From contig NC_068983.1 of the NCBI RefSeq assembly GCF_001194135.2, forward strand, positions 112,766,864 through 112,800,635: a stretch of 33,772 nucleotides of DNA. Direction: 5' to 3'. The DNA is from Octopus bimaculoides. Its lineage: Eukaryota. Position numbers and translations under genes: made by a program. Below the pieces are notes generated by a model. The model was not told where the DNA came from and ran no database searches. It worked only from the letters and a program-made list of their open reading frames with translations. Below are positions 31,671-33,772 of the stretch, in pieces. Positions within the stretch are counted from its first letter, which is position 1; the number at the start of each line of letters is the position of its first letter.

Positions 31671-33393
31671 GTAAGTTCTTATGACTTCTCAAGTCTTTGA
31701 AGAAATTTTTATGTCATACACCTTCCGTTTTATTGTGCCTGGTAGTTTTAGAATATTGAAATTATACATATATTAATTTTATTAACCTATAAATATTCTG
31801 TAAATATCAGTACCTTTTTAGTGACAGTATGATAATTATGAAGAAAGAAAACAAATATAGAGATGAATTTAATTGCATCACAATTCCTACAGTAGCAATA
31901 TTCATATCTCTAAATCTCATATTTCTACAAAATCTACATATCTATTTCACATTAGTTATTTCATAAAGATTGAATTTTATGGCCTAAACTTAATTTTACT
32001 TTTTTAGCAGTATTTGATCAGTATATCCAATTTAAGCTTTGAAATTCTTAAGTAGCAAATTTATTTCTACTCATAATTTAAATTATTGCATTTTTTCTAT
32101 TATTTTTGTTACATTAGTCATTTATAGGAGCAGAACATTAAAATAGAGCAAAATATATAAATCGAACAGTTTACAAATACTATCAGCTTTTTCTAATGAA
32201 ATCAATGTCATAGTGAAAAAGCTTAGTTTCCTCAATAAAATATCTAAGTTGTGATCAGTTATTGATGGATTTTTAGAACAACATTTGTATCACATGCATG
32301 AAATAGTAAGGTTGTTACATAAAAATAATCCAAAACTTCACTTAAACAAAATAGTATCTAATGGATTGGTGAAGATTTCAGTCACCAATGCAATCACCAG
32401 CCTATTTTTTCCCCATCTATCACAGATTCTGTTTCTCTGAATAAGAAAATCTGTTATATATCTGAATCCATTTTCATGTAGCCATCTCCTCTTCTAATCA
32501 TTCCTACAGTTATGATCTATGCGAAAACTTTCCTTACTAACTATTCGTCTCTTTATAAATTCTACTGAGTTTGATTTTCTGCAAAGCATTTAGTGTGGTA
32601 GCGAAGTACTTAATGAATAATTGGCAATCAACAACATGTGTGCTACTTGTTTAATTCACAAAATCACACTAAACTGGGTATAATTTTTCATTCTGCTTAT
32701 TTAACCAGGAACATGATATGTAAATTTTTACAGCAGTTGAATAAATAGCAACTGTTAAGAATTAACAAATAAAAGAACATTTGATTACTGTGACATGCTG
32801 ATATATAACATTATAATGAATCATAATTAGCATGGAGAGATAAAGTTAAATAAATAAGAATGACATTTCATGAGATTTACCAACATAACACTATGTGGTG
32901 TCTTTAGTTGTTATTAATGTCAAAGATAAAATAATTGAGAACCCATCACATAAAGAAAAGTGACATAATCTCCTGTAGAATCATATAGCTCTGTAATTTA
33001 TTAGATTTGCCTGCCTTTTTATGTAACATAGGAAAAATGTTCCAGAACATTCCATAAACCATTTAGTGGGAAGATTTCAGCTTAGCAAATGATCTGTTTG
33101 GCTAAACCCAGAATCACATGAGCTTAATGCTTTTTGTTGCAGCCATAATCTGAAGTTGGGAAATATGAGTAGAGAGTTAAAAACATACAGTCATCTCACT
33201 ACCAACATATCAGTTACATTGATCTCAACTGTCAGGAAGGGTTCTCCTGATCTATAGACATTAATTTATTCATACTATATATAATAAAAATAATAACTTT
33301 TTCAGACTCCAACAAATTATAGCACTAATATTTGCAACATATTAATAAATGAAAACAACTATCTTTTGAATCTGACATAAGCATTAGCATTAG

Positions 33394-33772
33394 TGTAGGA
33401 GAGAGAATAGTGATGTTGTAGGAGAGAAATGTGTTCGCATGGATGATGGTACGCTTGCATTAAATGAGGATGCAAAGAAAGAGGTCTGGAGATGCCACTA
33501 CGATAGATTGCTTAATAAAGAGAATGAATGGGAGAAAGAGAGCCTGCCTTATGTCGACCCAATAGAGGGACCAGCTATCCGAGTTGATAGTACCAGGGTA
33601 GATAAAGCAATTAAGAGTATGAAGACCGGGAAAGCCCCCGGCCCATCAGGAATCACTGCAGAGATGCTCAAAATATCTGGCAGTGTTGGCTATAGCCTAG
33701 TCACCCGTATTACGAACCAGGTGATACACGAAGGAGTCATACCCTATGACTGGTGTAGCAGCATCATAGTCA
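33394..33772 (+). mobile_element. RTE-clade LINE ORF2 (linker and RT N-terminus), stop-free and running off the window edge
   Basis: Manual translation gives RENSDVVGEKCVRMDDGTLALNEDAKKEVWRCHYDRLLNKENEWEKESLPYVDPIEGPAIRVDSTRVDKAIKSMKTGKAPGPSGITAEMLKISGSVGYSLVTRITNQVIHEGVIPYDWCSSIIV. The K.GKAPGP.GI.AE and IP.DW motifs are present. It is absent from the ORF track, probably because no stop is reached. Confidence 0.93.

Noticed and set aside
1-33772. CRISPR array, operon-like gene cluster or prokaryotic/viral insert
   Set aside because: There are no regularly spaced repeats with unique spacers and no long intact ORFs. All protein-like segments trace to eukaryotic transposons.

Overview
AT-rich, repeat-dense animal genomic DNA with four assembly gaps. 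The SINE and RTE families and the very high microsatellite density look like octopus or another coleoid cephalopod; this is recognition by eye, not a database search. I found no complete host protein-coding gene, tRNA, rRNA or CRISPR array, and most ORFs in the track are microsatellite, N-gap or antisense artefacts. The window is a layered collection of decayed transposons: RTE-clade LINE pieces, several R4/Dong-like LINEs with a restriction-enzyme-like (REL) endonuclease, a Tc1 and a mariner-like transposase relic, hAT, Helitron/Helentron and fold-back MITEs, and at least four tRNA-derived SINE types that share modules. The least explained region is 14.0-15.5 kb. It holds an ORF1/gag-like zinc-knuckle relic with no ORF2, a 79-nt hairpin and a CpG-rich promoter/first-exon-like segment. 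Other notable items are a perfect 27-bp fold-back inside a LINE (6183-6238), a diverged duplicated hairpin element (about 10.7 kb and 12.1 kb) and foreign inserts in the internal microsatellites of SINEs. I found no convincing evidence for a wholly new multi-gene system. The findings are leads, not discoveries.
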